Notes: generated by a model not told the origin, from the letters alone. 44,789 nt of DNA from Octopus bimaculoides (GCF_001194135.2 NC_068989.1:54148384-54193172); one strand, 5' to 3'; shown: positions 10,295 through 21,845, numbered from the stretch's first letter. Numbers and translations are program-made.

Positions 10295-10540
10295 TTGCCA
10301 AATAAATACACGCGTTATATAGTCGTTCTTCACTCGTTTATTACTGTTATTTTAACCCATGTCCATTGTCATCTGTGCACCTGTTTCGCTTAGTCCAGGA
10401 GCACACATGAGGACAGAATGTATCGCTGAAGAGGTCACAGATGTGTGGCGAAAGATTTCCGGACAATGGACCTGAGTTAAAATGGAAACAATAATAAACG
10501 CGTGAAGAACGAGTATATAGTGCGTGTGTTTATTTGGCAA
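10295..10540. repeat. ~245-bp foldback (long imperfect inverted repeat) containing a hammerhead-like core on the + strand
   Basis: ttgccaaataaatacacgcgttatatagtcgttcttcactcgtttattactgtt...gtccattgtc (10295-10370) pairs with gacaatggac...aacaataataaacgcgtgaagaacgagtatatagtgcgtgtgtttatttggcaa (10462-10540); catctgtg(c)acct pairs with aggtcacagatg; CTGAAGA 10426-10432, GAAA 10450-10453. Confidence 0.85.
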
Positions 10541-10700
10541 TTATAATAATAATTAATAATTATAATAACCATCCCGAAATATAGCAATATCTCTTTCAAC
10601 ACACGGTTTCACATCAAGAATCTTGCAACACAAGTTCGTAAACGTATCTAAGTACCTATACCCATCTAGTAAAAAAAGATCATTTTCTCTCTGTGCTCAG

Positions 10701-10756
10701 TCCAGGAGAGAGACGGGCTTCGCCAAGCCTAAAGATGTTCTTGTATACGCATACAG
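10701..10756 (+). other. Candidate small internal exon
   Basis: Acceptor ttttctctctgtgctcag, donor cag/gtgtgc; reads SRRETGFAKPKDVLVYAY. No homology recognised. Confidence 0.15.
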
Positions 10757-11146
10757 GTGTGCCTTTACATAATTTTCATGCAGAAGAAATCTGACACTCC
10801 TTGTTAAGGCTGTACCTGTCTATTACATTCCAACCGACGGGCTTTTATACAGTTCTTGGATATCCGATTTCACTCACCAGTTCTGAATAGTCTCGAGGCT
10901 AAAAAAAAAAAAAATGTAATTTGCTCACGATGAATCCCGCTGGGATGTAACAAGTATCTCCGTGGTTGCGAAGTGAATTTCTAAAGAAAATAAAATTCAG
11001 CCATATGGGCCCCCTTTCCCATGTTCACAGAAACATATAATCATAATTAAGGAATGCAAAGNNNNNNNNNNNNNNNNNNNNNNNNNNNNNNNNNNNNNNN
11101 NNNNNNNNNNNNNNNNNNNNNNNNNNNNNNNNNNNNNNNNNNNNNN

Positions 11147-11177
<31 letters not shown>

Positions 11178-11349
11178 GCGCCACTGAGATGAACATGGTG
11201 ATTTTAGATCATAACCGAGAATTTTGTCTCCACCATAAACCCCCATTCAAATTTCCTTTAGAAATTAAAATATGTCACGAACATATTTGAACTAGCGTAA
11301 AGTTTGTTGAAAACTTAAGTGGGTTTCGGCCAGTATTGGATCAATTCAA

Positions 11350-11567
11350 GGCCGCAAGATGGCAGAATCGTTAGCACGCTGGACGAAATGCTTAGCGGTG
11401 TTTCGCCCGTCGCTACATTCTGAGTTCAAATTCCGCCGAGGTCGACTTTGTCTATCATCCTTTCTGGGTCAATAAATTAAGTACGAGTTATGCACTGGGG
11501 TCGATATAATCGTTTAGCCCCCTGCCCCATAATTTCAGGCCTTGTTCCTATTGTAGAAAGGATAATT
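11350..11567 (+). mobile_element. SINE family B, full length, well conserved
   Basis: tggcagaatcgttagc (A-box-like), gagttcaaattcc (B-box-like), body and 3' end aatttcaggccttgttcctattgtagaaaggataatt. Confidence 0.9.
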
Positions 11568-11786
11568 GGCTCAATTCTCTTTCTTAAAATAGACGAAGGC
11601 AAATTTGTCTTCGATTAGAAGCATGATTATTATTATTTTTGTTTTCATTTAAATTTATGCTATGGAAGCTCTTACCCAATTCTTTCAGGATTTTCTCATT
11701 TCAATAAAGTAAACTGGGTAAATATTCCATGCTTTCTTTGTGATATACATGAAATCCACTGTTCCTGTTTGTTTTAATTCCTTTAG

Positions 11787-11827
11787 ATATAAATTCAAAG
11801 CACCGAGTGACTGCATGTTTAGTTGTG
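11787..11827 (+). other. Candidate small internal exon
   Basis: Strong acceptor gttcctgtttgttttaattcctttag, weak donor gtg/gtacac; reads (R)YKFKAPSDCMFSC; phase-compatible with 10701-10756. Confidence 0.12.
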
Positions 11828-12530
11828 GTACACTCATTCTTAGTGGTTAAATATCTTGCATAGATGAACTAAAATATTATTATGTACGTTCATATGCGCC
11901 TACACACATACATACAGACATTAGGTGAATAGTTTACAGAGTTCGTCTTAGTTTCGTTTTAGGACAATCCGATCAAACTTCCTTATTTTTCGAAGTACTG
12001 AGTATGGCAAGTATTTTAGAGTTATTAAAAATATTCAGTTCTTCAATATTCAATTCTACTGAGTCATATTGGTCCAGGTCAACTCACGCTGTAAGAGTTA
12101 AATTGAGTAGAAAGACTATGCGCCAAAACCTTGTTTCAGATTGACTGAGTCTGCAATTATTTGAGCCGGACTAATCACAGACTCTTGTGTCAGGTAGAAT
12201 ATAAGTGGAGGCTCCCTCAAGTCTAGAAGGTGTGTAGAAAATATAATAGTCTGAGCAATTTCAGTTGATCAAGGAACTTAAGTTGTCTTTCTTGAAAATC
12301 CACTATGCTCTGGGATTTAACAATATAGATTTCAAGCTTATAGTGAGTTTTTTGATAATTTCAGCTTGCCAATAATTGAGCTACTAACAGTTTTTACGTG
12401 TGCAATGCCTATCATCTACCAACTAAGAGTCGTACAACTCTTGTATCTATTATAATTGAATATATTCACTGTCATTAAACATGAGTGTTGGTGTTGGCAA
12501 GATTCACGTGTGCACATCAGTATATCTGTC

Positions 12531-12747
12531 ATAATCCTTTTTATTATAGGCACAAGGCCTGAAATTTTTGGAGAGAGTGCCAGTCGATTTGATCGACACT
12601 AGTGCGGAACTGGTACTTAATTTATAGACTCCGATAGGATGAAAAGCAAAGTTGACCTCGGTAGAATTTGAACTCAGAACGTAGCGACGGGCGAAATACC
12701 GTTAAGCACTTCGTCCGACGCGCTAACGATTCTGCCATCTCGCTGCC
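12531..12747 (-). mobile_element. SINE family B, full length
   Basis: Reverse complement aligns end to end with 11350-11567. Confidence 0.9.
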
Positions 12748-12919
12748 ATATCTATCATAATACAACCTCAAAATCCAGCCGTCGGTTACAACTGGGTATG
12801 TCTTGGCAGTATCATGCTTTTACTAATTGTTTTAGGTAGCTATATAGTCGCGAGCAGATGTAGGCACCCTCTAGCGGAATATTAGGTATGTGACAATTTG
12901 AAGCAGGGAGGACTGCATC

Positions 12920-13025
12920 AATATCCCATTTCTACGTGAAATGAATTAACTTGCTCAAAACGCAACGCACCATCCAGTTCAGCAATCGAACCCACGACTA
13001 TCTGATCGGGTACTGAAAACTTAAC
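12920..13025 (-). mobile_element. tRNA-derived SINE (third family), 5' fragment
   Basis: Minus-strand B-box GGTTCGATTGC at 12982-12992 followed by ...ttttgagcaagttaattcatttcacg; loose similarity to 19100-19163. Confidence 0.45.
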
Positions 13026-13028
13026 ATA

Positions 13029-13190
13029 GGCGCAAGAGCGGCTGTGTGCTAAGAAGCTTGCTTCCCAACCACATGGTTCCGGGTCCAGTCCCATTGCGTG
13101 GCACCTTGGGCAAGTGCCTTCTGCTATAGTCTCGGGCCGACCAAAGCCTTGTGAGTCGATTTGGTAAACGGAAACTGGAAGAAGCCTGTC

Positions 13191-13226
<36 letters not shown>

Positions 13227-13882
13227 NNNNNNNNNNNNNNNNNNNNNNNNNNNNNNNNNNNNNNNNNNNNNNNNNNNNNNNNNNNNNNNNNNNNNNNNNN
13301 NNNNNNNNNNNNNNNNNNNNNNNNNNNNNNNNNNNNNNNNNNNNNNNNNNNNNNNNNNNNNNNNNNNNNNNNNNNNNNNNNNNNNNNNNNNNNNNNNNNN
13401 NNNNNNNNNNNNNNNNNNNNNNNNNNNNNNNNNNNNNNNNNNNNNNNNNNNNNNNNNNNNNNNNNNNNNNNNNNNNNNNNNNNNNNNNNNNNNNNNNNNN
13501 NNNNNNNNNNNNNNNNNNNNNNNNNNNNNNNNNNNNNNNNNNNNNNNNNNNNNNNNNNNNNNNNNNNNNNNNNNNNNNNNNNNNNNNNNNNNNNNNNNNN
13601 NNNNNNNNNNNNNNNNNNNNNNNNNNNNNNNNNNNNNNNNNNNNNNNNNNNNNNNNNNNNNNNNNNNNNNNNNNNNNNNNNNNNNNNNNNNNNNNNNNNN
13701 NNNNNNNNNNNNNNNNNNNNNNNNNNNNNNNNNNNNNNNNNNNNNNNNNNNNNNNNNNNNNNNNNNNNNNNNNNNNNNNNNNNNNNNNNNNNNNNNNNNN
13801 NNNNNNNNNNNNNNNNNNNNNNNNNNNNNNNNNNNNNNNNNNNNNNNNNNNNNNNNNNNNNNNNNNNNNNNNNNNNNNNNNN

Positions 13883-13943
<61 letters not shown>

Positions 13944-14064
13944 TGTATGTATGTATGTATGTGTTTGTCCTCCCGCCATCACTTGACAACCGATGTTGGT
14001 GTGTCTACATCCCCCGAAACTTAGTAGTTCGGCAAAAGAGACCGATATAATACGTACTAGGCTA
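13029..14064 (+). mobile_element. SINE family A spanning an N-gap at its internal microsatellite
   Basis: 5' half 13029-13191, (TA)n, gap 13227-13882, (TA)n(TATG)n, 3' half 13960-14064; collinear with 7945-8423. Confidence 0.9.
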
Positions 14065-14079
14065 CACTCTTGAACAATT

Positions 14080-14860
14080 AGAACTTACAATCTCAAATGT
14101 TCTATATAAAATTTGGATGATATGCTGTAAGTTGTTACAAAAGTTTATTTCTTAGACAACATCCATTTCCGTGTTTCGTTGCTGTCCTTTCGTCTAACAT
14201 TTTAGTTTTAATTTTCGGTAGAAAGTTTTGTATTAATTTTCAGTTTTAATTCTTGGTTTTAAATATTTTTTGTTCTTACTTCTTCATTTTTGTTCTTAAT
14301 TCTTAATAAAGACCAATTCTTTATTTGGCATTATTTCTTGGGTTTAGGGTCCGAATTCCGGCGTCTTAGTTTTCTGTCCTAACTTTCTGCTTCGATTTTC
14401 TTGGATTTAAATCTTTGTCTTACTTCCCGATATTAAGAAGATTGCTTTCATTTTCATCTTAATTGTTCATCTTTGTGTTTCAATCGCTTCATCAAGAATT
14501 TTCGTTTTTAATTGTCAGCTCAATTCTTTACATTCAAATATTGGTATTAATTCCTTTGTCTTAATTCTGAGTTTGTATTTTATTTTCTGATCATAATTTT
14601 TATATTCAATTCTCACAATTTACTTCTTTGGTCTTAATTTACGCTCAAAATTTGTGTTCTTTATTAATTCAGTCTTAATTTCCAGTCTTAAATATTTTTC
14701 TTTATATGAAATATTTTATTCCAGCTTAATATTTTTCGTGATTTTTTAAAATTTTACATTTCTAATGTCCCGTATTACATTTTCTATTTTTTCTTTGTGT
14801 CTTTATTCATTTCTTACCATTTTTCCTTCCTTCCAGTCCTCAGATGATATTTTACATTAT
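14080..14860. repeat. T-rich, strand-asymmetric low-complexity tract with recurring (g)tcttaatt motif
   Basis: Repeated ttcttaatt/gtcttaatt/ttttaatt motifs; no ORF. Confidence 0.5.
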
Positions 14861-14910
14861 TTAATTATCTTTTGGAATCGCCTCACTTTTCGTTTACGTA
14901 ATCTCACATA

Positions 14911-16167
14911 CAGGGTGCGTAAGATACTTGAGGTTAGATTTATGTTTATAAAAAACAAAAACATATATATAATAACAGATAAGTTTATTCATCAAAAATG
15001 CTATGAAGATAAATTAAAAGAACCTTCTTTTCTATAATATTATTCAATAAAGCCATCTTCAGCTTCAACAACTGCTTCTATATGAGATCTAAATCATCTG
15101 CATGTTCGAATCAAGTGGTCCTCGTTCATTTTGGACATTATTCTGACTATTGCAGCTTTCAAAGAATCTTTGATGTTATGAGTGTGTTCATTGACCTCTC
15201 TCTCAACAACGCTACACATGTAATAGTCCAATGGATTGAGATCTGGGGAATTAGGAGGCCAAATGTTAGGGGTTATGTGATCATGAAAATTTTCAGCCAT
15301 CCATTCCTGTGTTACTAGAGCCATATGTGATAGTGCAAAGTTTTACTGAAGCACATATGGCCCTCCATTGCATACACTGTCTATCCAGGGGTTAAGAATT
15401 ATTTCCAAGGCCTCAATGTCAGCAGCAGAGTTAACTCTAAGGTTTTCTGGAAAGAAGTAAGGAGGCATCACATGTCTTTCATTGCTGACAACCCCTAAAA
15501 CCATGACAATTGCAAGAAATTTTGTATACATATCACTTGGAGCTTCAGAAGATTATGCACGTAATCATCTGTCATTTCTTCTGTTAACTTTTTGATCTGA
15601 TGTTGGTCGAATGTTGGTCGAAGTTTCTCTTGTTTGAGATAATAATCAATTCTTCAGCTGGGTTTTTCAGTTTGTTTAAGATCCTTTTAGATCTGATGTA
15701 GTGATTTTCTTTTGCTTTTTCTGACAAATTGACCTTTTCTCATCATATAAGACTCTTATCTGATGTCTTCGTAGACAACGTTTCTGACTGTTCCTTCTGA
15801 CACATGGAGATATTTTGCAATTGACCTCATGGACTTTCTGTTGAACTTGCTGGATATATTCAGCTGTTCTGATGATTTCAGAGCGTTTAGAATGCTTTTT
15901 ATGCTTTGATACTAGTGATACATTTCCATTTCAGTCTCTAGCTCCTTACAAACTTTGTCAACGAAAGATCTGGCAACTTTTAAAAATCGAAATATTTCTA
16001 AATCACTATGCTTAGCCTTTATAACCACAATAACAGCATGCCTCTTCATTTCTTGAGTAAGGTAAGGGTCTGCCATTATGATTTTCTGAAACAAAGATTA
16101 TACAGAGTTAGCAAAAAATGCAGCAATGACACAAAAAGGTATGTCCTGAAATACCTTACGCACCCTG
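14911..16167 (-). mobile_element. Full-length Tc1/mariner superfamily DNA transposon, maT (DD37D) family
   Basis: 23-bp TIRs cagggtgcgtaagatacttgagg (14911-14933) and cctgaaataccttacgcaccctg (16145-16167), 20/23 match; TA at 14909-14910 and 16168-16169. Confidence 0.93.
15040..16076 (-). pseudogene. maT/DD37D transposase pseudogene
   Basis: MADPYLTQEMKRHAVIV... start; SNKRNFDQ (decayed SDE motif); VMVLGVVS..HVMPPYFF; Q*NFALSH (decayed QQDSAPSH); WPPNSPDLNPLDY with 37 residues between 2nd and 3rd catalytic positions; ends EAEDGFIE*. Stops, frameshifts and an 11-bp duplication at 15601-15622. Confidence 0.92.
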
Positions 16168-16209
16168 TATATATGTATCATACCTTCATTTTTTCTCTCT
16201 CACTCCCGA

Positions 16210-16263
<54 letters not shown>

Positions 16264-16324
16264 ATACATATATGTACGCGCACGCACGCACACGTAATTA
16301 TAACTGTTACATATGTAATATACA

Positions 16325-16700
16325 TATGAAAGACATTGACTCCAACTTTGGGACTGAAAGCTATAGCAACCACCGAAGTGGACGGCACTGCATAGTACCA
16401 AACATCTTGTCTTCTCCATCTAAATTAAAGATGCAGTTCTGTAACAGCCTGGGCTTCAAGGGTCATTAACATTCTGCCAAATATCTTCAGGGATCTGCGA
16501 GGAGTAGATGTTGAGTTCTTCAAAGAGCGTGTGGGCAAATTTTTATCTGCGGTACCAGATGAACCCACTTCGCCCCAGGAGGCACAGGAACATCTCCGTC
16601 CAATTCTCAACTTCACTAAAAGCAGTGGTGCAGGAAAGGAATCCAATCCCATAGCAAAGTAGTGCCCCAGCGTGGGCTCAGCCTCAAACCTGTAAAAGAT
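16325..16700 (+). mobile_element. Jockey-group (CR1/L2-like) LINE, 3' end of ORF2 and 3' UTR
   Basis: NFGTESYSNHRSGRHCIVP...FCNSLGFKG / (frameshift) INILPNIFRDLRGVDVEFFKERVGKFLSAVPDEPT; NxLPxxxR...FKxxL..FL is typical of CR1/L2 C-termini; followed by a (TACA)n tail. Confidence 0.7.
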
Positions 16701-16746
16701 TATATACATACATACATAGATACATACATACATGCATACATACATA

Positions 16747-16813
16747 TGGATCTAGGTCAGAAACCGGCTCTTTCGCTATTGGCAAGAATTCTTGAAATAA
16801 AACTGAATAATGA
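16747..16813 (+). repeat. Short module embedded in (CATA)n, copy 1
   Basis: tggatctaggtcagaaaccggctctttcgctattggcaagaattcttgaaataaaactgaataat matches 35313-35373. Confidence 0.8.
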
Positions 16814-16884
16814 CATACATACATACATACATACATAAATGCATACATACATACAAGAAGCAGTAACTATAACAAGGATGTTGT

Positions 16885-17112
16885 TATTGTTTCTGTCGTT
16901 TCTGTCGTTTAACCCAAGGTCAATCTCAGTCGAGTAGACTTATGATTAAATTTGTCTCAACTATGACCGTCTCGTTTTGTTTTTTGTTTTTTTCCTAGGG
17001 TATCTTGGATTGTAATATTTGTCATTCTGTTATTTGCGACATTTGCACCTGATATGATGGACATTTCACTTCGATTTCTAGCAGGTCAAAGAACCACGTA
17101 GAGGCTCCGTCG
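16885..17112 (-). mobile_element. Diverged interspersed repeat (SINE-like 3' region), related to 17740-17945
   Basis: tttctagcaggtc (17075-17087) versus gacttgctagaaa (17769-17781); aacccaaggtcaatctc versus gtgacctgaagcta; ends in an AAC-rich tail. Weak alignment by eye. Confidence 0.35.
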
Positions 17113-17309
17113 ACAGCTTGTTGTTACTGCTGTTGTTGTTATTGTTGTTTGTGGTAATGGTGGCGGAGATGTAATTAACAGCAGTTGCTGTACGCGTCCA
17201 TTCATAAAATTAATTTGCATAATTTTACATGACGTCTACGTGAAAGATTTCAACATGAGTGATATTTCAGCACAGCTGTCTAATTTGGGTGCTGTGCTGG
17301 TTAGAATCG

Positions 17310-17369
17310 TGGGGAGAGAGACACACACAGAGACAAAAGAGAGAGAGATGGGGACAGAGAGAAAGCGGG

Positions 17370-17462
<93 letters not shown>
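17310..17462. repeat. (GA)n microsatellite
   Basis: Direct reading. Confidence 0.95.
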
Positions 17463-18914
17463 TAGGTGGGGTAGTAGAGGTATAAAAAATATTGCTGTGT
17501 TGAAGTGACGAAACATAAAGATGAAAAATAGAAATAAACAACAATGAAAGTGTGTTGAAGTGTGAGAAAAGGATACAAATGATGATGTAGTAGTGAGGGT
17601 GGTGGGGAAGTAAAAGTGCAAGAAAGATTTATTTTTGATTAGTGATACCATGTCTTACCGAAAACTGCGTCTTTGGGAGTAGCTTCTGTTACATTCTTCT
17701 CCAGTTGTTCTTTTAACTGATGGTCTGTTAGGCCGAGTCAAAAACGATATGTGTATGAGGAGTTATTCGACTTGCTAGAAATAGCCGTCAGACTCCCCCT
17801 AAAATTACATCCTACATTTAAAAAGAAAGAATGATTCATTGAACCGTGTGGTCATGAGAAATATATGAACAAGCAGAGGTCGTGTGTTAAATGCGGATAG
17901 GAGTCCTTTTTTGATAAGTGGAGTGACCTGAAGCTAGAATTAACATGGCCATTTAAGGGGACATTATTTTGTCAATACAAGAATTTCTCTTTTTATGTCA
18001 GCTTCTGAAGATTTCCGTGCAAGTATGAGGAGTCGACTGTCTTCAGTAGCCATAAGAATTTAAAGTATTGTTTAAGAAGTGTAAACGCATGGATAAAGGG
18101 ATAGAGGGATGAATGGTTCGTCGGTGATTTCAACTGTAAGAATAAAGTTATTCGATAACTGAATTACCTGCTTGTGTTATCATAGCATTCAACACACACG
18201 CGTAATCATAACCATAACGCGATTCTTTGCTTTGGCAGAATTAGCGTGACATAGCGTGACAAGACTATAACTTCGAATAACTGATACAATCCACCCGACA
18301 GGATTCTGCACAGTTTCCGACAACCTATTTCACTTCGAAGTATGGACTATAGACAATGACATTCGGGCAAAAGGCCACGTTTTGGGAACAAATCTAAAAC
18401 CCGTGGTTGCGACACGAGCCTCACAAACATTCGGCCATACGGCTATAAGAATACTAGAGAGTAAAATCGCTTCAAACAGTACATTTACCAATTTGTGTTG
18501 CGGCTCGTCAAGATGGCATAAAATTAGTATACGCACACTATTGTATTCGAATGTCGAATGTACAAATTACATTATATCATACTGTAAAAGAATAGTTTGA
18601 AGAAAAACATATCATTCACAGAAAAGAAATTTCAAATTTAAAAATAAAGGGAAAGAACGGGAACAACAGAAAAGCACAGTAAAAATAATAAAGGGAAAGA
18701 AACTCAGGTATATTATAGATTAAATATTTATATTACATCGACCAGCAAAAGATTTGCTAATTCCTGATACTTTTATTCGTCATTTTAAGATAAAATAAAT
18801 ATCAGGTCAATATTTGTGATGAATATAATCGATTGTTCTCAGCCCCAAACAATGAACTTGTTTCTAAGATATATTAGTGATATATAATATTAAAGGTAAT
18901 GGGCTCATTCGGAC

Positions 18915-19163
18915 ATGAATGACCATGGAATTGCACCTAGAAAGTTTCCCTCCAAGGCATAAGTCCGATAAGGTTGTTTATGGAAAACCAATAGTCGCCC
19001 AAGCATACCACCTTCCCTCTCCACGCCACTGATGTTATCCAAGAGAAAAGCAAACGCCGATACAATTTGGCACTGGTGGCATTGCAGTTCATTTCTACCA
19101 ATGAGTTAACTGAAGCAACGCAAAATAAAATGTCATAATGTCATCCTCACACAGCCTGGTCCA
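18915..19163 (-). mobile_element. SINE body (third family), 5' end lost at the (TA)n/gap
   Basis: GC-richer 250-bp island gaccatggaattgcacctagaaag...gcaacgcaaaataaaatgtc...cacacagcctggtcc; recognised from memory as a cephalopod SINE; loosely overlaps 12935-12990. Confidence 0.45.
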
Positions 19164-19809
19164 TATATATNNNNNNNNNNNNNNNNNNNNNNNNNNNNNN
19201 NNNNNNNNNNNNNNNNNNNNNNNNNNNNNNNNNNNNNNNNNNNNNNNNNNNNNNNNNNNNNNNNNNNNNNNNNNNNNNNNNNNNNNNNNNNNNNNNNNNN
19301 NNNNNNNNNNNNNNNNNNNNNNNNNNNNNNNNNNNNNNNNNNNNNNNNNNNNNNNNNNNNNNNNNNNNNNNNNNNNNNNNNNNNNNNNNNNNNNNNNNNN
19401 NNNNNNNNNNNNNNNNNNNNNNNNNNNNNNNNNNNNNNNNNNNNNNNNNNNNNNNNNNNNNNNNNNNNNNNNNNNNNNNNNNNNNNNNNNNNNNNNNNNN
19501 NNNNNNNNNNNNNNNNNNNNNNNNNNNNNNNNNNNNNNNNNNNNNNNNNNNNNNNNNNNNNNNNNNNNNNNNNNNNNNNNNNNNNNNNNNNNNNNNNNNN
19601 NNNNNNNNNNNNNNNNNNNNNNNNNNNNNNNNNNNNNNNNNNNNNNNNNNNNNNNNNNNNNNNNNNNNNNNNNNNNNNNNNNNNNNNNNNNNNNNNNNNN
19701 NNNNNNNNNNNNNNNNNNNNNNNNNNNNNNNNNNNNNNNNNNNNNNNNNNNNNNNNNNNNNNNNNNNNNNNNNNNNNNNNNNNNNNNNNNNNNNNNNNNN
19801 NNNNNNNNA

Positions 19810-19835
19810 TATATATATATATACATATATATATA

Positions 19836-19897
<62 letters not shown>
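19810..19897. repeat. (TA)n then (GATA)n microsatellite
   Basis: Direct reading. Confidence 0.95.
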
Positions 19898-19898
<1 letters not shown>

Positions 19899-20373
19899 TT
19901 TCAGAGTTGTACTTGAGTAAGAAGTCACTTTATTTCACACATTTGACTAAGGGCTGATTATGGATGACTTATAGCTGGGTCACCTCATAAAAATAAACTG
20001 AAATTTAAATGATCCTTACACGCTATATATCCATACATACATATAAATATACATAAATATTAATGACATCATAAATACATACACACATACACAAATACAA
20101 ACGCATATATACACATGTTATGAGCAGCATGGTCAAATTGATAGAATGTACGCAACCTCGGGATCATGGGTTCAATTTCACGGCATGTCATCTTGGGTAT
20201 ATGATGTTTCTATGTCTCAAGTCGACCCATCATATCCTGAGGGAAACTGAGTAAGTGAAAACTGTATAGAAGCCTGTCCTGTCTCTTTTATCAGTAATTC
20301 AAAGATCCAGATTTGTCACATTGTTTAATATTAAGCATACAGAGCCACCTGAGATTTGTATAAATACTGGATC

Positions 20374-20430
20374 TATATAATTAACGATTATGTATATAAT
20401 TAACGATTATGTATATAATTAACGATTATG
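20374..20430. repeat. 19-bp tandem repeat x3 (tatataattaacgattatg)
   Basis: Three identical units read directly. Confidence 0.95.
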
Positions 20431-21505
20431 TATATATACATACAAACATATATATTTTTTTTTTTGGCGGGGGCTACCTAGCAAAAGGAACACGCCTAAA
20501 TATACAAAAATGCTTGCAAAGTTCTACACACATGAATATATTCTAAACAATAAGGTAAACCTAAAATTAATCAATAAAAATTTCTTTCAATACACGTCTC
20601 CATAACAACCCACTCAAAAAACGTAATTACGACACNNNNNNNNNNNNNNNNNNNNNNNNNNNNNNNNNNNNNNNNNNNNNNNNNNNNNNNNNNNNNNNNN
20701 NNNNNNNNNNNNNNNNNNNNNNNNNNNNNNNNNNNNNNNNNNNNNNNNNNNNNNNNNNNNNNNNNNNNNNNNNNNNNNNNNNNNNNNNNNNNNNNNNNNN
20801 NNNNNNNNNNNNNNNNNNNNNNNNNNNNNNNNNNNNNNNNNNNNNNNNNNNNNNNNNNNNNNNNNNNNNNNNNNNNNNNNNNNNNNNNNNNNNNNNNNNN
20901 NNNNNNNNNNNNNNNNNNNNNNNNNNNNNNNNNNNNNNNNNNNNNNNNNNNNNNNNNNNNNNNNNNNNNNNNNNNNNNNNNNNNNNNNNNNNNNNNNNNN
21001 NNNNNNNNNNNNNNNNNNNNNNNNNNNNNNNNNNNNNNNNNNNNNNNNNNNNNNNNNNNNNNNNNNNNNNNNNNNNNNNNNNNNNNNNNNNNNNNNNNNN
21101 NNNNNNNNNNNNNNNNNNNNNNNNNNNNNNNNNNNNNNNNNNNNNNNNNNNNNNNNNNNNNNNNNNNNNNNNNNNNNNNNNNNNNNNNNNNNNNNNNNNN
21201 NNNNNNNNNNNNNNNNNNNNNNNNNNNNNNNNNNNNNNNNNNNNNNNNNNNNNNNNNNNNNNNNNNNNNNNNNNNNNNNNNNNNNNNNNNNNNNNNNNNN
21301 NNNNNNNNNNNNNNNNNNNNNNNNNNNNNNNNNNNNNNNNNNNNNNNNNNNNNNNNNNNNNNNNNNNNNNNNNNNNNNNNNNNNNNNNNNNNNNNNNNNN
21401 NNNNNNNNNNNNNNNNNNNNNNNNNNNNNNNNNNNNNNNNNNNNNNNNNNNNNNNNNNNNNNNNNNNNNNNNNNNNNNNNNNNNNNNNNNNNNNNNNNNN
21501 NNNNC

Positions 21506-21814
21506 CTTAGACATCATCTTCAACACCACCACCACCACCACCACCACCACCACCACTACCACTAACACCACCACTAACACCACCACTATCCCCACCGCCA
21601 CATCTGACACTACCACAACAGCGAGTTTGCCATAACTGCGGCCTCTACAATGTCCACGGGCCGCCACCGGCATCTTCCTGACTACTGTCACTTGAGCAAC
21701 TATCGCTTACACCATCACGATCATATTAGCCATCACTGTTGCCAGAGTACTCGGGTAAGTCATCGCCGTCATCATCACAATCATCATCCCAATCATCATC
21801 ACAATCGTCGTTAT

Positions 21815-21845
<31 letters not shown>

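Noticed and set aside
13029-13110. tRNA-like heads in SINE families A and B
   Set aside because: A/B boxes are present, but there is no cloverleaf and they continue into SINE bodies; not tRNA genes.
18330-18536. Minus-strand 68-aa ORF with a hydrophobic, signal-peptide-like segment
   Set aside because: Short, no donor site, no recognisable family; the overlapping + ORF is equally plausible, so neither is supported.
20374-20430. Direct repeats as a possible CRISPR array
   Set aside because: Contiguous 19-bp units without spacers in eukaryotic context; no CRISPR or cas signal anywhere in the window.
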